Notes under the pieces: generated by a model
Databases searched by the model: none
Seen by the model: the letters and a program-made list of their open reading frames with translations, nothing else
What the model was told of the DNA's origin: nothing
Part shown: positions 22,899 through 33,211 of the stretch, one piece after another
Position numbering within the stretch: position 1 is the first letter of the stretch
Layout: every line of letters begins with the position of its first letter
Source: an uncultured Desulfospira sp.
GTDB lineage: Bacteria > Desulfobacterota > Desulfobacteria > Desulfobacterales > Desulfobacteraceae
NCBI GenBank assembly: GCA_963663165.1
Contig: OY760175.1
Span: 4,768,001 to 4,832,000, forward strand
Direction: 5' to 3'
Length of the DNA stretch: 64,000 nucleotides
Program-made: the position numbers and the translations under genes

Positions 22899-23212
22899 TA
22901 AGTATAAGACCGTCGTGGGTGCTGTCCCCCCCCCTCTCTCACGGTTGTTTATTATGAATAACAAAACAAAGGGATAAAAGCATCACCTGTTTGGGGGATT
23001 TTTAAAACAGGTGCCGGGGGCGACCCTTAAAAAAACAGGAAACCGGCGTGAGAGTTTCAAGACATTGTCCGTTAAAAGTTTCCCATTTTGTTTTCCTGCG
23101 GTATTTGGTACAATTTTTACCTAAGCCCCTTCGGTCTTACGCATCAAATGTTTAATTAAAAACAGGCAGGGCCATGAGCCATGGCCGCTGATCCTGGAAA
23201 AACGATGGCCAA

Positions 23213-25669
23213 ATGCGCGATCATATCAGTTTGAAACATAAAATGATCATGGGCGGCATCGCTGCGGTGGTGATCCCGTTTATCATCGCGGCCGGCATTA
23301 TTTATGTCCAGCTGTCGGATTTTCAGATGAAGGCGGCCCGGGAAAATGCGATTCATTTCTCAGCTGATGTTGCCCAGAGAATTGAAGATTTCCTGAGCCA
23401 TGAGACCCGGCTGATTTCTTCTTTTGCCGCAGATCCGGATATCATCCATGCATCAAAGACAGGGGACTACACCATTGCCGCCAGGGAACTTGCAGACGTT
23501 TTTGACGCCATCGGATGGAGCGGGACCACCATGTTCCTGGCAGACAGGAACGGCACCATAAAGGTTGACCCGCGATTCGCCGGTCAGATCGGATTAAATC
23601 TGTCCGACCGGGAATATTTTATTAAAGCAAAAAACGGGCAAACCAATATATCTGTTCCGCTTTATGCCAGGGGGACCTCAGATTATGACATCGTTATGGT
23701 ACTGTGTACCCCCATACGGGAAGGCCAGGAATTTTTTGGCGTTGCTGCCATGGTGTTTTCCACGAATTTTCTGGTAGATATCATTACCCGCCCGGTAATG
23801 GGCAATTCAGGGTATGCCTACCTGCTCAACAAAGAGGGCCAGATTCTGATTCATCCTGAAAAAGATCTGATTTCAAAACAAATTCTTGATGGGTCTCCAG
23901 CTACCCGGGCGGTTAAGCCCTTGATGGAAAGCAACCAGCCGGGCATTGCCGAATATGTATATGAAGGCCAAAAAAAAATCGCCGGCGTCAGTCCAGTCGG
24001 GCTTATCGGCTGGACAGTGGTCTATGCCCAGCCCTTGGATAAAATCATGGCCCCGGTGAACCGGCTGTTGCTGTCGATTTTCATCAGCGGAATTGTTTTT
24101 TTGGGCATTACGGTTTTGACCATCTATATCTTTTTCAGCCGGCTCAGCACGCCCATCCAGAAAATGATGGAAATGGTCGCCCAGGTGTCCCGCCATGCCA
24201 CCGAAGCCCTTGTGCAGATCGGACCGGACCGGAAAATTATATTTGCCAATCCCGCCTTTGAAAAGATAACCGGCATTGCCTTAAAAGATGTGATTGGCGC
24301 CCAGCCCCTGTTTGAAAATTCCGGGGGCCTGCCCAGAGAATCCATATGGCAGGCGCTTGAATCCGGCAATCCATGGTCCGGCCATCTGGAATTCAAGGCA
24401 GAAGGCCAAAAGACCGTGGCCATCCTTGACGTGATGATTGTGCCCCTGAAAGATGACCGGGGACGGATTCAGGGGTACCTGGAAATCGGCAGGGATGTAA
24501 CCGATGAACTCATGTTTGAAAAGCGGTTGAGCCAGGCCCAGAAACTGGAGGCCATCGGAACCCTGGCCGGCGGCATTGCCCATGATTTCAACAATATTTT
24601 AAGTATTATTTTTGGTTATACCGAACTGTCGCTGCTCCATCCGGACCTTGATCCCAAGCTCAAAGACCATCTGCGCCAGATCGCCACGGCCTCGGAAAGG
24701 GCCCGGAGCCTTGTCACCCAGATTTTAAGCTTCAGCCGCCAAAGCAAGATGGAATTGGTGCCCTTTATGCTTAAAACCGTGGTCAAGGAGGCGTTGACAT
24801 TGCTGCGCGCCTCCATGCCGGCATTTATTCGCATTGATGCCAATATAGACAGCTCATCGGCTGTCATGGGCGACCCCACCCGGATCCACCAGGTGGTGAT
24901 GAATTTGTTTACCAACGCGGTCCATGCCATTGGGGAGAGCCCGGGAACCATTGGCCTGGCCTTGGAAGATTTTATGGTAGACCGGGAATTTACCCGCACC
25001 CATCCGGGGATCAAAGAAGGAAAGCATATCATTCTTCGCGTCTCAGATACCGGGTGCGGCATGCCCGCCCAAACCGTTGACCATATCTTTGACCCCTTTT
25101 TTACCACAAAGGCCCAGGGCAAAGGCACGGGACTTGGGCTGTCCGTTGTTCACGGCATTATCAAAAAAATGAACGGCATTATCACCGTTTACAGCCGGGT
25201 CGGCAAAGGCACCGTGTTCAATGTGATTCTTCCCTGCATCACAGAGGATAAGCCGGATATTCAACAGATCCGTTCTCCCATCCGGCGCGGAACGGAACGG
25301 ATCGCGCTGATAGATGATGAGACAGACATTGTGGCCGCCATGCGGTCCATCCTTGAAAATCTAGGATACCGGGTGACGGCATTTACAGACAGTGTGGCCG
25401 GGCTGTCCGCCATTGAATCGGGTCCTGACGAATTTGATCTGATCATCACGGATTATACCATGCCCGGCATAACCGGCCTGGAACTTGCCGGAAAGCTTGA
25501 TCGGGCCGGGATTCGAATTCCCATCTTGCTGATGTCCGGTTTTTTTGGTGAGAAGATCAAAGCCGCGGCCCACGATGCCGGCATAGACCATCTGCTGTAC
25601 AAACCGGTCAATACCTACCGGCTTTCTGCTGCCATTTGCAGGGCGTTGGGGAATAGTGACTGCGGATAA
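23213..25669 (+). CDS. Hybrid sensor histidine kinase: dCache, PAS, HisKA, HATPase, REC
   Basis: AGGIAHDFNNIL, MNLFTNA, DTGCGM, FDPFFTTK, GTGLGL; receiver DDE...IITDYTMP...KP. Confidence 0.93.
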   Translation: MRDHISLKHKMIMGGIAAVVIPFIIAAGIIYVQLSDFQMKAARENAIHFSADVAQRIEDFLSHETRLISSFAADPDIIHASKTGDYTIAARELADVFDAIGWSGTTMFLADRNGTIKVDPRFAGQIGLNLSDREYFIKAKNGQTNISVPLYARGTSDYDIVMVLCTPIREGQEFFGVAAMVFSTNFLVDIITRPVMGNSGYAYLLNKEGQILIHPEKDLISKQILDGSPATRAVKPLMESNQPGIAEYVYEGQKKIAGVSPVGLIGWTVVYAQPLDKIMAPVNRLLLSIFISGIVFLGITVLTIYIFFSRLSTPIQKMMEMVAQVSRHATEALVQIGPDRKIIFANPAFEKITGIALKDVIGAQPLFENSGGLPRESIWQALESGNPWSGHLEFKAEGQKTVAILDVMIVPLKDDRGRIQGYLEIGRDVTDELMFEKRLSQAQKLEAIGTLAGGIAHDFNNILSIIFGYTELSLLHPDLDPKLKDHLRQIATASERARSLVTQILSFSRQSKMELVPFMLKTVVKEALTLLRASMPAFIRIDANIDSSSAVMGDPTRIHQVVMNLFTNAVHAIGESPGTIGLALEDFMVDREFTRTHPGIKEGKHIILRVSDTGCGMPAQTVDHIFDPFFTTKAQGKGTGLGLSVVHGIIKKMNGIITVYSRVGKGTVFNVILPCITEDKPDIQQIRSPIRRGTERIALIDDETDIVAAMRSILENLGYRVTAFTDSVAGLSAIESGPDEFDLIITDYTMPGITGLELAGKLDRAGIRIPILLMSGFFGEKIKAAAHDAGIDHLLYKPVNTYRLSAAICRALGNSDCG

Positions 25670-25890
25670 ATTCCCTATGGCACGGGGGTGCAATCCCATT
25701 TAGTGGCATGAACTGACATGTATCCAATTTTTCCGTTTTTCATGCTGCATTGAATACTCTGCCCTCCCAAAAAAAGCTGGACTCCTGGCTCATGAAAGGT
25801 TTATAAGAAACTGGAGACAAGAAACAAGAGACAAGAGGGCGAAGCACCTGCGGTGCCCAATTTATAGTCTACCGTCGCTGGTATCTTCAG

Positions 25891-25950
25891 TTTCATTATT
25901 CGTTGTGGACGGTGCTTGGTTGGATAATCCAAGCCGTCCGTGACGGTTAT
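25891..25950 (+). repeat. Family A hairpin (partial unit) inside the IS, just upstream of the DUF4338 start
   Basis: cgttgtggacggtgcttggttggataatccaagccgtccgtgacggttat, nearly identical to the 28367-28415 and 40512-40561 segments. Confidence 0.85.
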
Positions 25951-25960
25951 ATAGATTTGC

Positions 25961-26833
25961 ATGAGCAGGACTTTAACCATTCAAGGACGTGAATTTTCAG
26001 AAGTTGATATACAAACGATACGCCATTTGATTAACGACAATCCCGCCTGGCACCGCACTCGTTTATCCAAAGAATTGTGTGCTCGCTGGGATTGGCGCAC
26101 GGAAAAAGGTCTGCTCAAGGACATGGCCTGTCGAAGCATGCTGAGAAAACTTGAGCAAAAAGGGATGGTCACACTTCCCGTTGCCCGTCATAGCGGTAAC
26201 CGTCAGCGGCGTATTCCCGATGTCCCCCATGATTGTAAGCCGATAGAAACCACTTTGCGTAAGATCCGCCCGATACAATTGATACCGGTATCGGGCCGTG
26301 GAGATATTGATGATTTATTCCATTGCCTTATGGATCGATATCATTACCTTGGGTGTAAAGGGTATGTCGGAGAACATATGAAGTATATGGCTTTTGATCG
26401 CAATTCTCGTCCGGTTGCCTGCCTGCTTTTTGGCTCAGCAGCATGGAAAACGGCCCCTCGTGACCGATTCATCGGTTGGGATAGGTCGGCTCGTCGCAGG
26501 AACCTGCATATGACGACCAACAATACCCGATTTTTGATTTTGCCATGGATTCGAATTCCCCATCTTGCCAGTCATATTCTGGGTTCATGTCTTAGGCGGC
26601 TGAGCCGGGACTGGACAGCTAAATATGGTCACGATATCTGTCTGGTAGAAACTTTCGTGGATCGATCACGCTTTGCCGGAACTTGCTACCAGGCGGCAAA
26701 TTGGCAAAAAATTGGTCAAAGCAAAGGGCGAAGCCGTCAAGACAGGCACCACAGACTTCAGGTGCCGATAAAAGACATCTATGTATACCCGTTGACTTCC
26801 AATTATAAAAAGCAGCTATGCACACAAACTTGA
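25961..26833 (+). CDS. DUF4338 (Druantia DruA-like) protein
   Basis: YHYLG, AAWKTAPRDRFIGW, NNTRFLILPW, HLASHILG, ETFVD...GTCYQAANW. Confidence 0.85.
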   Translation: MSRTLTIQGREFSEVDIQTIRHLINDNPAWHRTRLSKELCARWDWRTEKGLLKDMACRSMLRKLEQKGMVTLPVARHSGNRQRRIPDVPHDCKPIETTLRKIRPIQLIPVSGRGDIDDLFHCLMDRYHYLGCKGYVGEHMKYMAFDRNSRPVACLLFGSAAWKTAPRDRFIGWDRSARRRNLHMTTNNTRFLILPWIRIPHLASHILGSCLRRLSRDWTAKYGHDICLVETFVDRSRFAGTCYQAANWQKIGQSKGRSRQDRHHRLQVPIKDIYVYPLTSNYKKQLCTQT

Positions 26834-26890
26834 GGGTTTCAGTCATCGAAATGACAGGTAATTTTTCAACCTGCAATTCGAGGACTGATC

Positions 26891-28291
26891 ATGAAACTTG
26901 CTTCCACTATAAGGGATATTCGAACCCTTCTAACAAAAGCCGTAGCTGATTTCCAAAACCATCAAAATGCTAATATCCTGTGTGAGCAGGTACGGAACGG
27001 CCTCTTCATTATTGTGGAAGCATTTCTGGTTCCCGTCATTGAAAAGGCACTGTCTGACCCGGATCTTTTATCTGAACTGAAAATTGGTGCCGGTAAAAAG
27101 GGACTGCGTTTCAACGGATACCGCCCCAGCAGCATTCGATTATTGACAGGAACTACCCTGAGCATCCGATCCCCTTACTTTTCAAAAGTTGTTTCCAAAC
27201 AACGGCCAGGCCCTAAAACAAAAAAACGACAAAAGGGGACAGGCCGCCATTTTGGGCTTGATTACCTTGGTTTTATCGGCAGGTGTTCAACGCTGTTCGC
27301 TTCGTCGGTGGTCCATGCAGCATTGCTCTGCCCCTCTTTTGAAATTGCCCGAAGATCCCTGGAAAACCATGCAATCAACTTAAATGTCAAAACCATACGC
27401 CGCATAACAATGAATCTTGCACAGGAAGCTATGCCCCTGCGTGGCCGGGTATCTTTTGGAGATACTGATCGCGTTGGTGGCAAAACGGTTCTGGTTTGTA
27501 TCGACGGCGGTCGCCTTCGAGAACGGAGGCCAAAACGGGGACGTAAATCAAAAGGCCAAAAGCGGCAGGGATATCATACTGAATGGAAAGAACCCATTCA
27601 GTTTGTCATACATATTGTCGATCCGGACGGCACAATATCCAAAAAACACTTGCCGGTTTATGATGCCACAATGGGCGGTATTGATGCCGCTTTTGATATT
27701 CTTGAGATCTACTTGCGTGAATTAGATATTCCCAAAGCCAAGCGTGTTGTTTTCTGCTGTGACGGTGCACGTATCTATTGGAAGCGAACAGGCCCGCTGG
27801 CCAAACGGCTTGAAATCGAATCCTATTATGAGGTAATCGACTACACCCATGCAAAACAGAATTTACATGAAATCGTGGACAAATTGCCAAAGAGAATCCC
27901 TATAAAAGAAAGAAACCGGATAGCAGAATCTTGGAAGAACCTCCTTTGGGATGGCAGATTCAAAGACCTTAGAAAAGAAATTGTAAAACACATTACGTAC
28001 CCTAAAAGGCGCATAGAAGCACTATCCAAATTTAAAAGTTACTTCGTGAAAAATCGAAACAGAATGCAGTATCGCCAGTTCCGCAGCCTGAAAATACCTA
28101 CTGGCAGCGGCTGTGTTGAAAGTGCAATACGTCGGGTTATAAATCTCAGAATGAAATCACCGGGTATATTCTGGAAACCGGAAACATCCGAATCAATGTT
28201 GTTCTTAAGGAGTCAGCTCCTTTCCGGGAGGTGGAACATCTTGACTGACAATATCTTCATACAAATTCGGTCACTTTGCTTAGGCCACTAA
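26891..28291 (+). CDS. DDE transposase, ISKra4/ISLre2-like
   Basis: CIDGGR (D1), CCDGARIYW (D2), IDYTHA (DxxH), TGSGCVESAIRRVINLRMK..GIFW (E); stop codon lies inside the right IR. Confidence 0.85.
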   Translation: MKLASTIRDIRTLLTKAVADFQNHQNANILCEQVRNGLFIIVEAFLVPVIEKALSDPDLLSELKIGAGKKGLRFNGYRPSSIRLLTGTTLSIRSPYFSKVVSKQRPGPKTKKRQKGTGRHFGLDYLGFIGRCSTLFASSVVHAALLCPSFEIARRSLENHAINLNVKTIRRITMNLAQEAMPLRGRVSFGDTDRVGGKTVLVCIDGGRLRERRPKRGRKSKGQKRQGYHTEWKEPIQFVIHIVDPDGTISKKHLPVYDATMGGIDAAFDILEIYLRELDIPKAKRVVFCCDGARIYWKRTGPLAKRLEIESYYEVIDYTHAKQNLHEIVDKLPKRIPIKERNRIAESWKNLLWDGRFKDLRKEIVKHITYPKRRIEALSKFKSYFVKNRNRMQYRQFRSLKIPTGSGCVESAIRRVINLRMKSPGIFWKPETSESMLFLRSQLLSGRWNILTDNIFIQIRSLCLGH

Positions 28292-28308
28292 ATGGGAATG
28301 CACCCAAA

Positions 28309-28415
28309 GCGGCCCGTGGCCGTTATATGAAAGTCTCACTAACATCCTGAGAAGACTTTCATTTTTTGTTGTGGACGGTTCTTGGTTGGATAATCCAAGC
28401 CGTCCGTGACGGTTA
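28309..28415 (+). repeat. Family A two-hairpin repeat abutting the IS right end
   Basis: gcggcccgtggccgttatatgaaagtctcactaacatcctgagaagactttc...ccgtccgtgacggtta. Confidence 0.8.
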
Positions 28416-28735
28416 GTCAGGTCTTCGGTGCATGCTTTTGCCATGTGAGAAGACATTCAATGAGCGAAGCCGTGGGGGTGCTGCTGAACAGCTGCTTCGG
28501 GACCAATTTTCCTAAGCTGGTAATACAACCCGGCCATATCCAGCAGGGGGGGGTGTCACCTTAAAAAGGCAGTTGCCCGTTATTCCGGCGGTTAGTGATT
28601 TGCGAGTCGGCCCAGGCTCCCTGAAAAAGATGGGAAAACGGTTTTTGTATCCTCATAAATATATAGAATTTATATTTTTTTTATATCTTTATTATTGGAG
28701 TATAATATATAAAATCAATTAGATATAGTATTAAG

Positions 28736-28754
28736 TATAATTATTCGTATACAA
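28736..28754 (+). promoter_or_regulatory. -10 box followed by a candidate GntR-type operator
   Basis: TATAAT 28736-28741, then TCGTATACAA 28745-28754 (one mismatch from palindromic TTGTATACAA); the cluster encodes a GntR. Confidence 0.4.
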
Positions 28755-28844
28755 AAAAATGTAATTTAATATTGCTTTCATAAAACGCATTTGGTAACCA
28801 TGCGGATAAGCAAAAATTAATATGGGATTTAAGGAGGCTTTCTT

Positions 28845-30011
28845 ATGAGTGAAAATTATTCGGCATTTGGATTCGATCTGCCCACCAGCTGGCGGCATGG
28901 CATCGGCATGGCCGGCAGAGTCAATGAAGTGATGAAAGACCTTGGCTGTTGCAAGGCGCTGTTGCTGACCGACGATTTGCTGGTTGAAAATAAAGTGGTT
29001 GATCCCGTCATAAACTCACTGAAAGATGCCGGCATGGAATACACAATTTGCGGGGATGTCACCATGGAGCCCACCGTAAAGCTGTTTGACGCCATAGTTG
29101 ACAAACTGGATCTGGAAAGCTTTGATTCAATTATTGCCGTTGGCGGCGGCAGTGTGCTGGACGTCTCCAAGGGACTTGCCTTGATCGCCTCTTTTGGCGG
29201 CCATATTTCCGATTATGCGGGGTTCAACAAAGTGCCGGGGGTGCCAAAGCAGAAAATCATCACCATTCCCACCACATCCGGGACCGGAAGCGAGGTCTCA
29301 GACGGTGTGGTCCTCATTGATGAAGAACGGGAAACCAAATTTCTGGTCATCAGCAAGAAAATATGTCCCACTGTCGCCCTGACCGACCCTGAGCTGACCT
29401 GTTCCATGCCGCCGAGGGTCACCGTATGCAGCGGCGTTGACGCCCTTGTCCACGCCACGGAATCCTATATCTCCAACCGGGCGAGTGTGGTCACGGAAAT
29501 ATACGCATTAAAGGCCATTGAATACCTTTGCACCGGTTTCAAACCAGCCATAGCCAACGGTCAGGACATTAAAGCCCGCGAATATATGCAGCTTGGCGCG
29601 ACAATGGCCATGACCGCCGGCATGAATTCCTATCTTGGCCTGTGCCACGCCATGGCCATGCCCTTGTGCGCCCTTTACCACATGCCCCATGGGCAGGCCT
29701 GCGGCATGTCGCTTCCCACGGTGCTTCAGTTCAACGCCAAGGTAAGCAACGCCAAGGTAATAACGGCGCTCAAAACCATGGGATTGTATGACCCGAAGAC
29801 CGGTGATGATGCCACTAAGGATCAGGTCTATGACCTGTTGAAGGGGTTTTTAACCGACATTGGGATATCACTGAATTTAACGGATTTTAATTACACGGAA
29901 AAGGATAACCCCCAGATTATCCAGGCCACCCTGCAGAGCGCTCAAGCACCGACCAACCCCAGAAAGCTGTCTGAGCAGGATATGGCTGACATTATTTCCA
30001 AACTGAAATAA
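28845..30011 (+). CDS. Iron-containing alcohol dehydrogenase family protein
   Basis: GGGSVLD, IPTTSGTGSE, DALVHATES, HAMA, PHG. Confidence 0.92.
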   Translation: MSENYSAFGFDLPTSWRHGIGMAGRVNEVMKDLGCCKALLLTDDLLVENKVVDPVINSLKDAGMEYTICGDVTMEPTVKLFDAIVDKLDLESFDSIIAVGGGSVLDVSKGLALIASFGGHISDYAGFNKVPGVPKQKIITIPTTSGTGSEVSDGVVLIDEERETKFLVISKKICPTVALTDPELTCSMPPRVTVCSGVDALVHATESYISNRASVVTEIYALKAIEYLCTGFKPAIANGQDIKAREYMQLGATMAMTAGMNSYLGLCHAMAMPLCALYHMPHGQACGMSLPTVLQFNAKVSNAKVITALKTMGLYDPKTGDDATKDQVYDLLKGFLTDIGISLNLTDFNYTEKDNPQIIQATLQSAQAPTNPRKLSEQDMADIISKLK

Positions 30012-30231
30012 TGGTCATGCCCTGGATGGTAGAAACCGGACCCAATCCCCGGTTATCCGGCCGGGGATTGGTCCATCACCAAAAATAGAGGCCTTTTTTC
30101 AGCTTGCTGATAAGGCTTCACATAAAAAAGGAGGGATATTTTCTACAATTTGCTACAACTCAACAGGTGTTAAGAAGGCGCGTGGCTTTTGCTCCAAATA
30201 TTAATCTCAAATTAAAGAAGAGGACAGCATA

Positions 30232-31257
30232 ATGAAGGTACGTCGAGTAGATCTTATTGTTTTTCTGTTTTTCGCTGCTATGGTTTTTGTTGCTGGAGGG
30301 CCTGCTACTGTTTCGGCAAAGGTTATTAAACTTAAGTATTGCAATATCTTTCCACCTACCCATATTCAAACGCAGCTTGGAGAATCCTGGATAAAGGAGA
30401 TTGAAAAAAGAACCGACGGCCGGGTAAAGGTTGATTATTATCCCGGTAGTGCGATCCTTAAAGCGGACAAGATGTACAGCGGTGTTCAGTCGGGAATCAG
30501 CGATATTGGAATGTCCATTTTTGTTTACAACCGGGGCATGTTTCCGGTGATGGAGGTGGTGGATCTGCCCCTTGGGTTTACCAGTGGACAAATGGCAACA
30601 TCTGTAATCAACGATATTTATAAAAAATTCCCCCCTGAAAAATTGGACAAGGAAGTTAAGGTTATGTACCTGCACGCCCATGGTCCGGGAGTGCTTCATG
30701 CAAAGAAAGCCATCCAGAGTTTAGAAGATATCAAGGGCCGGAAGATCAGGGGGCAGGGCGCCACGGCCCTGATTATCAAGTCCCTGGGCGGGGTGCCGGT
30801 GGCCATGGGACAGAGCCATACCTACGAAGCCCTCCAAAAAGGGGTGGTTGAGGGCAATTTCAGCCCCATGGAGGTGTTGAAGGGATGGAAACAGGCTGAT
30901 GTGGTTAAGTTTACAACCGCCTGCTACGGGGTGGGCTACTCCTCCACCTTTTACCTGATTATGAATAAACCCAAATGGGACTCCCTGCCCAAGGATATCC
31001 AGGAAATTTTTACTGAAGTCAATACCGAATGGTCCAAGAAACATGCCCAGGCCTGGGACCAGGTGGATAAGGAAGGCAAGGAGTATGCACTCGGTGAAGG
31101 CCATACGATGATCACCTTGAGCCCGGAAGAAAACGCCCGTTGGAAAGAGGCGGTACAGCCGGTGATTGACGGGTATATAGAGGACGCCAAAAAGCGGGGC
31201 CTGCCCGGCGAATTATATGTTGAGACAGCGCTCAAACTGATTAAAGAGTATAAATAA
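30232..31257 (+). CDS. TRAP substrate-binding protein (DctP family)
   Basis: Signal peptide; DIKGRKIR, YEALQKGVVEG, MNKPKWDSLP. Confidence 0.92.
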   Translation: MKVRRVDLIVFLFFAAMVFVAGGPATVSAKVIKLKYCNIFPPTHIQTQLGESWIKEIEKRTDGRVKVDYYPGSAILKADKMYSGVQSGISDIGMSIFVYNRGMFPVMEVVDLPLGFTSGQMATSVINDIYKKFPPEKLDKEVKVMYLHAHGPGVLHAKKAIQSLEDIKGRKIRGQGATALIIKSLGGVPVAMGQSHTYEALQKGVVEGNFSPMEVLKGWKQADVVKFTTACYGVGYSSTFYLIMNKPKWDSLPKDIQEIFTEVNTEWSKKHAQAWDQVDKEGKEYALGEGHTMITLSPEENARWKEAVQPVIDGYIEDAKKRGLPGELYVETALKLIKEYK

Positions 31258-31280
31258 ACCGGTTAGTTGTGTCTAAATGG

Positions 31281-31310
31281 GGTGCAGGATCAAACGGTTG
31301 ATCCTGCACC
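31281..31310 (+). terminator. Stable hairpin after dctP (mRNA-stabilising or attenuating)
   Basis: ggtgcaggatcaa-acgg-ttgatcctgcacc; no U-tract on the + strand. Confidence 0.5.
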
Positions 31311-31332
31311 AGTGAAAAAAAGGATGTTGAAT

Positions 31333-31833
31333 ATGCAACGATTTCGCATGGCCGTTAAATGGCCGGCATCAAAACTCAATTATGTTTCAGGAATATGTCT
31401 TGTGTCCATGATGGGGATCAATTGCCTTGACATTATTTTGCGGTTTTTCAGAATGCCGTTTCCCGGAACTTATGAAATCGTGGGCTTTTTAAGCGCCATC
31501 ATGATCAGCTTTGCAATGGCCCAGGCCACCCTGGAACGGACCCATGTTGCGGTGGAGCTTATCGTGTCCAGGCTTTCCAGACCGGTACAAAAAGTTTTTT
31601 TTGTTTTTGTGAATATCATTGTGCTGATTCTATTAGGTTTATTAAGCTTTGAAACCTTTCGGTACGGTATCTATTTTCAGAATTCCGGAGAACTTTCTCT
31701 GACACTGCAATTCCCATTCTACCCAATTTTATATGGCATGTCCGCTGCATACGGGATCGCTGCCCTTGTCCCTGCGGTCGATATCGGCTCTGTTCTGATC
31801 GGTAAACAAAAGGCCTGGTACAACTGGCAATGA
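31333..31833 (+). CDS. TRAP small permease (DctQ family); start moved to MQRF after AAGGA
   Basis: DIILRFF, HVAVEL, 4 TM helices. Confidence 0.85.
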   Translation: MQRFRMAVKWPASKLNYVSGICLVSMMGINCLDIILRFFRMPFPGTYEIVGFLSAIMISFAMAQATLERTHVAVELIVSRLSRPVQKVFFVFVNIIVLILLGLLSFETFRYGIYFQNSGELSLTLQFPFYPILYGMSAAYGIAALVPAVDIGSVLIGKQKAWYNWQ

Positions 31834-31878
31834 CCGGCGGTACGTCAAGTTAAATCTCAATCTGAAGAAAGGATTACA

Positions 31879-33180
31879 ATGGAAGCTCCAATTGTCGGCG
31901 TCATCGCCATCGGTGTTCTGATCTGCCTGTTGTTTGCCCGTCTGCCGGTAGCATTCAGTATGGCTGCGGTTGGTATTGCGGGTTTTTCGTATCTGGTTTC
32001 TTTTCCTGCGGCCCTGCGGCTTCTGGCCACTGATTTTTATGATACGTTCAGTTCATACAGTCTGACGGTGGCACCGCTGTTCATTTTTATGGGACAAATC
32101 GCTTTTCACTCGGGAATCAGCCGGCGTTTGTTTGACTGTGCGTACAAAATGCTGGGAAGCACCCGGGGGGGACTGGCCATTGCCACCATCATGGCATCGG
32201 CCGGATTTGCATCCATCTGCGGGTCAACCAGCGCCTCGGCGGCCACCATGGGAACGGTAACCCTGCCTGAAATGAAAAAGTATAAATATGACATGAGCCT
32301 TGCCACCGGAACGGTGGCTGCCGGCGGCACACTGGGCATACTGATTCCGCCGAGTACCATATTTATTGTGTACGGCATCATGACGGAACAGTCCATCGGT
32401 ACCCTGTTTCTGTCGGGCATTGTACCGGGAATAATGCTGACGGTGTTATTTTCTCTGACCGTTTACATACTGGTTCACCTGAAACCTGAGCTAGGCCCTG
32501 CAGGACCCAAAACCACGGTTAAGGAAAAAATACAATCCATTGCCGGTGTATTTGAAATGGTCCTGATTTTCGGCTTTGTCATGGGCGGGCTGTTCGTGGG
32601 GATTTTTACCCCTACCGAGGCCGGTGCGGCCGGTGCCGGCATCACCCTTATGGTGGCGGTCATCCGGCGGCTGATCACCTGGAAAACCTTTTCCGCTGCG
32701 GTCTGGGAAACCGTCCGGATTTCATGTATGGTTCTGACGATTATTGCCGGGGCCACATTGTTCGGCCATTTTCTGGCCATTACCCGGATCCCCTATGAAC
32801 TGGCCAACATCGTCCAGGAACTGCCGCTGCCAGGGTGGGGCATCATTGGGATTATTATTTTAATTTATTTTATCGGCGGCTGTTTTATGGATTCACTGGC
32901 CATGATATTATTGACCATTCCCATTTTTTTCCCCGTGATTCTCAGCTTAAATTACGATCCTATCTGGTTTGGCGTTGTCATCGTTTTGGTTGGTGAAATG
33001 GGGGTGATCACGCCTCCGGTGGGCATTAATGCATATATTGTGAACGGCGTGGCGCCAGATGTCCCGCTTCAAAAAATATTTGCAGGCTGTTTCCCTTTTG
33101 TGATCGCGCTGCTGTTTTGTAATGCCCTGCTGGTATTTTTTCCGAAAATACCGTTGTTTTTACCTAATTTGTTTAATTAA
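31879..33180 (+). CDS. TRAP large permease (DctM family)
   Basis: PLFIFMG, GGTLGILIPPS, FTPTEAG, ITPPVG. Confidence 0.93.
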   Translation: MEAPIVGVIAIGVLICLLFARLPVAFSMAAVGIAGFSYLVSFPAALRLLATDFYDTFSSYSLTVAPLFIFMGQIAFHSGISRRLFDCAYKMLGSTRGGLAIATIMASAGFASICGSTSASAATMGTVTLPEMKKYKYDMSLATGTVAAGGTLGILIPPSTIFIVYGIMTEQSIGTLFLSGIVPGIMLTVLFSLTVYILVHLKPELGPAGPKTTVKEKIQSIAGVFEMVLIFGFVMGGLFVGIFTPTEAGAAGAGITLMVAVIRRLITWKTFSAAVWETVRISCMVLTIIAGATLFGHFLAITRIPYELANIVQELPLPGWGIIGIIILIYFIGGCFMDSLAMILLTIPIFFPVILSLNYDPIWFGVVIVLVGEMGVITPPVGINAYIVNGVAPDVPLQKIFAGCFPFVIALLFCNALLVFFPKIPLFLPNLFN

Positions 33181-33211
33181 CATGCAAGACTATTAGTACA
33201 AGGATACCCTT

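Larger units (their letters stand above)
25686..28305 (+). mobile_element. Insertion sequence of ISKra4/ISLre2 (Mutator-like) type, 2620 bp, with a passenger gene
   Basis: 22-bp terminal IRs with one mismatch: gggtgcaatcccatttagtggc (25686-25707) and gccactaaatgggaatgcaccc (28284-28305). They enclose the DUF4338 ORF and the transposase. No target duplication visible. Confidence 0.85.

Noticed and set aside
25961..26833. Druantia anti-phage system
   Set aside because: Only a DUF4338 gene is present, inside an IS; there is no DruE helicase or other dru gene.
28325..28418. Family A repeats as integron attC sites (actaac...gttagt) or a CRISPR array
   Set aside because: Units fold as two separate hairpins rather than one R''-L''-L'-R' stem, there are no unique spacers, and no integrase or cas genes are in the window.
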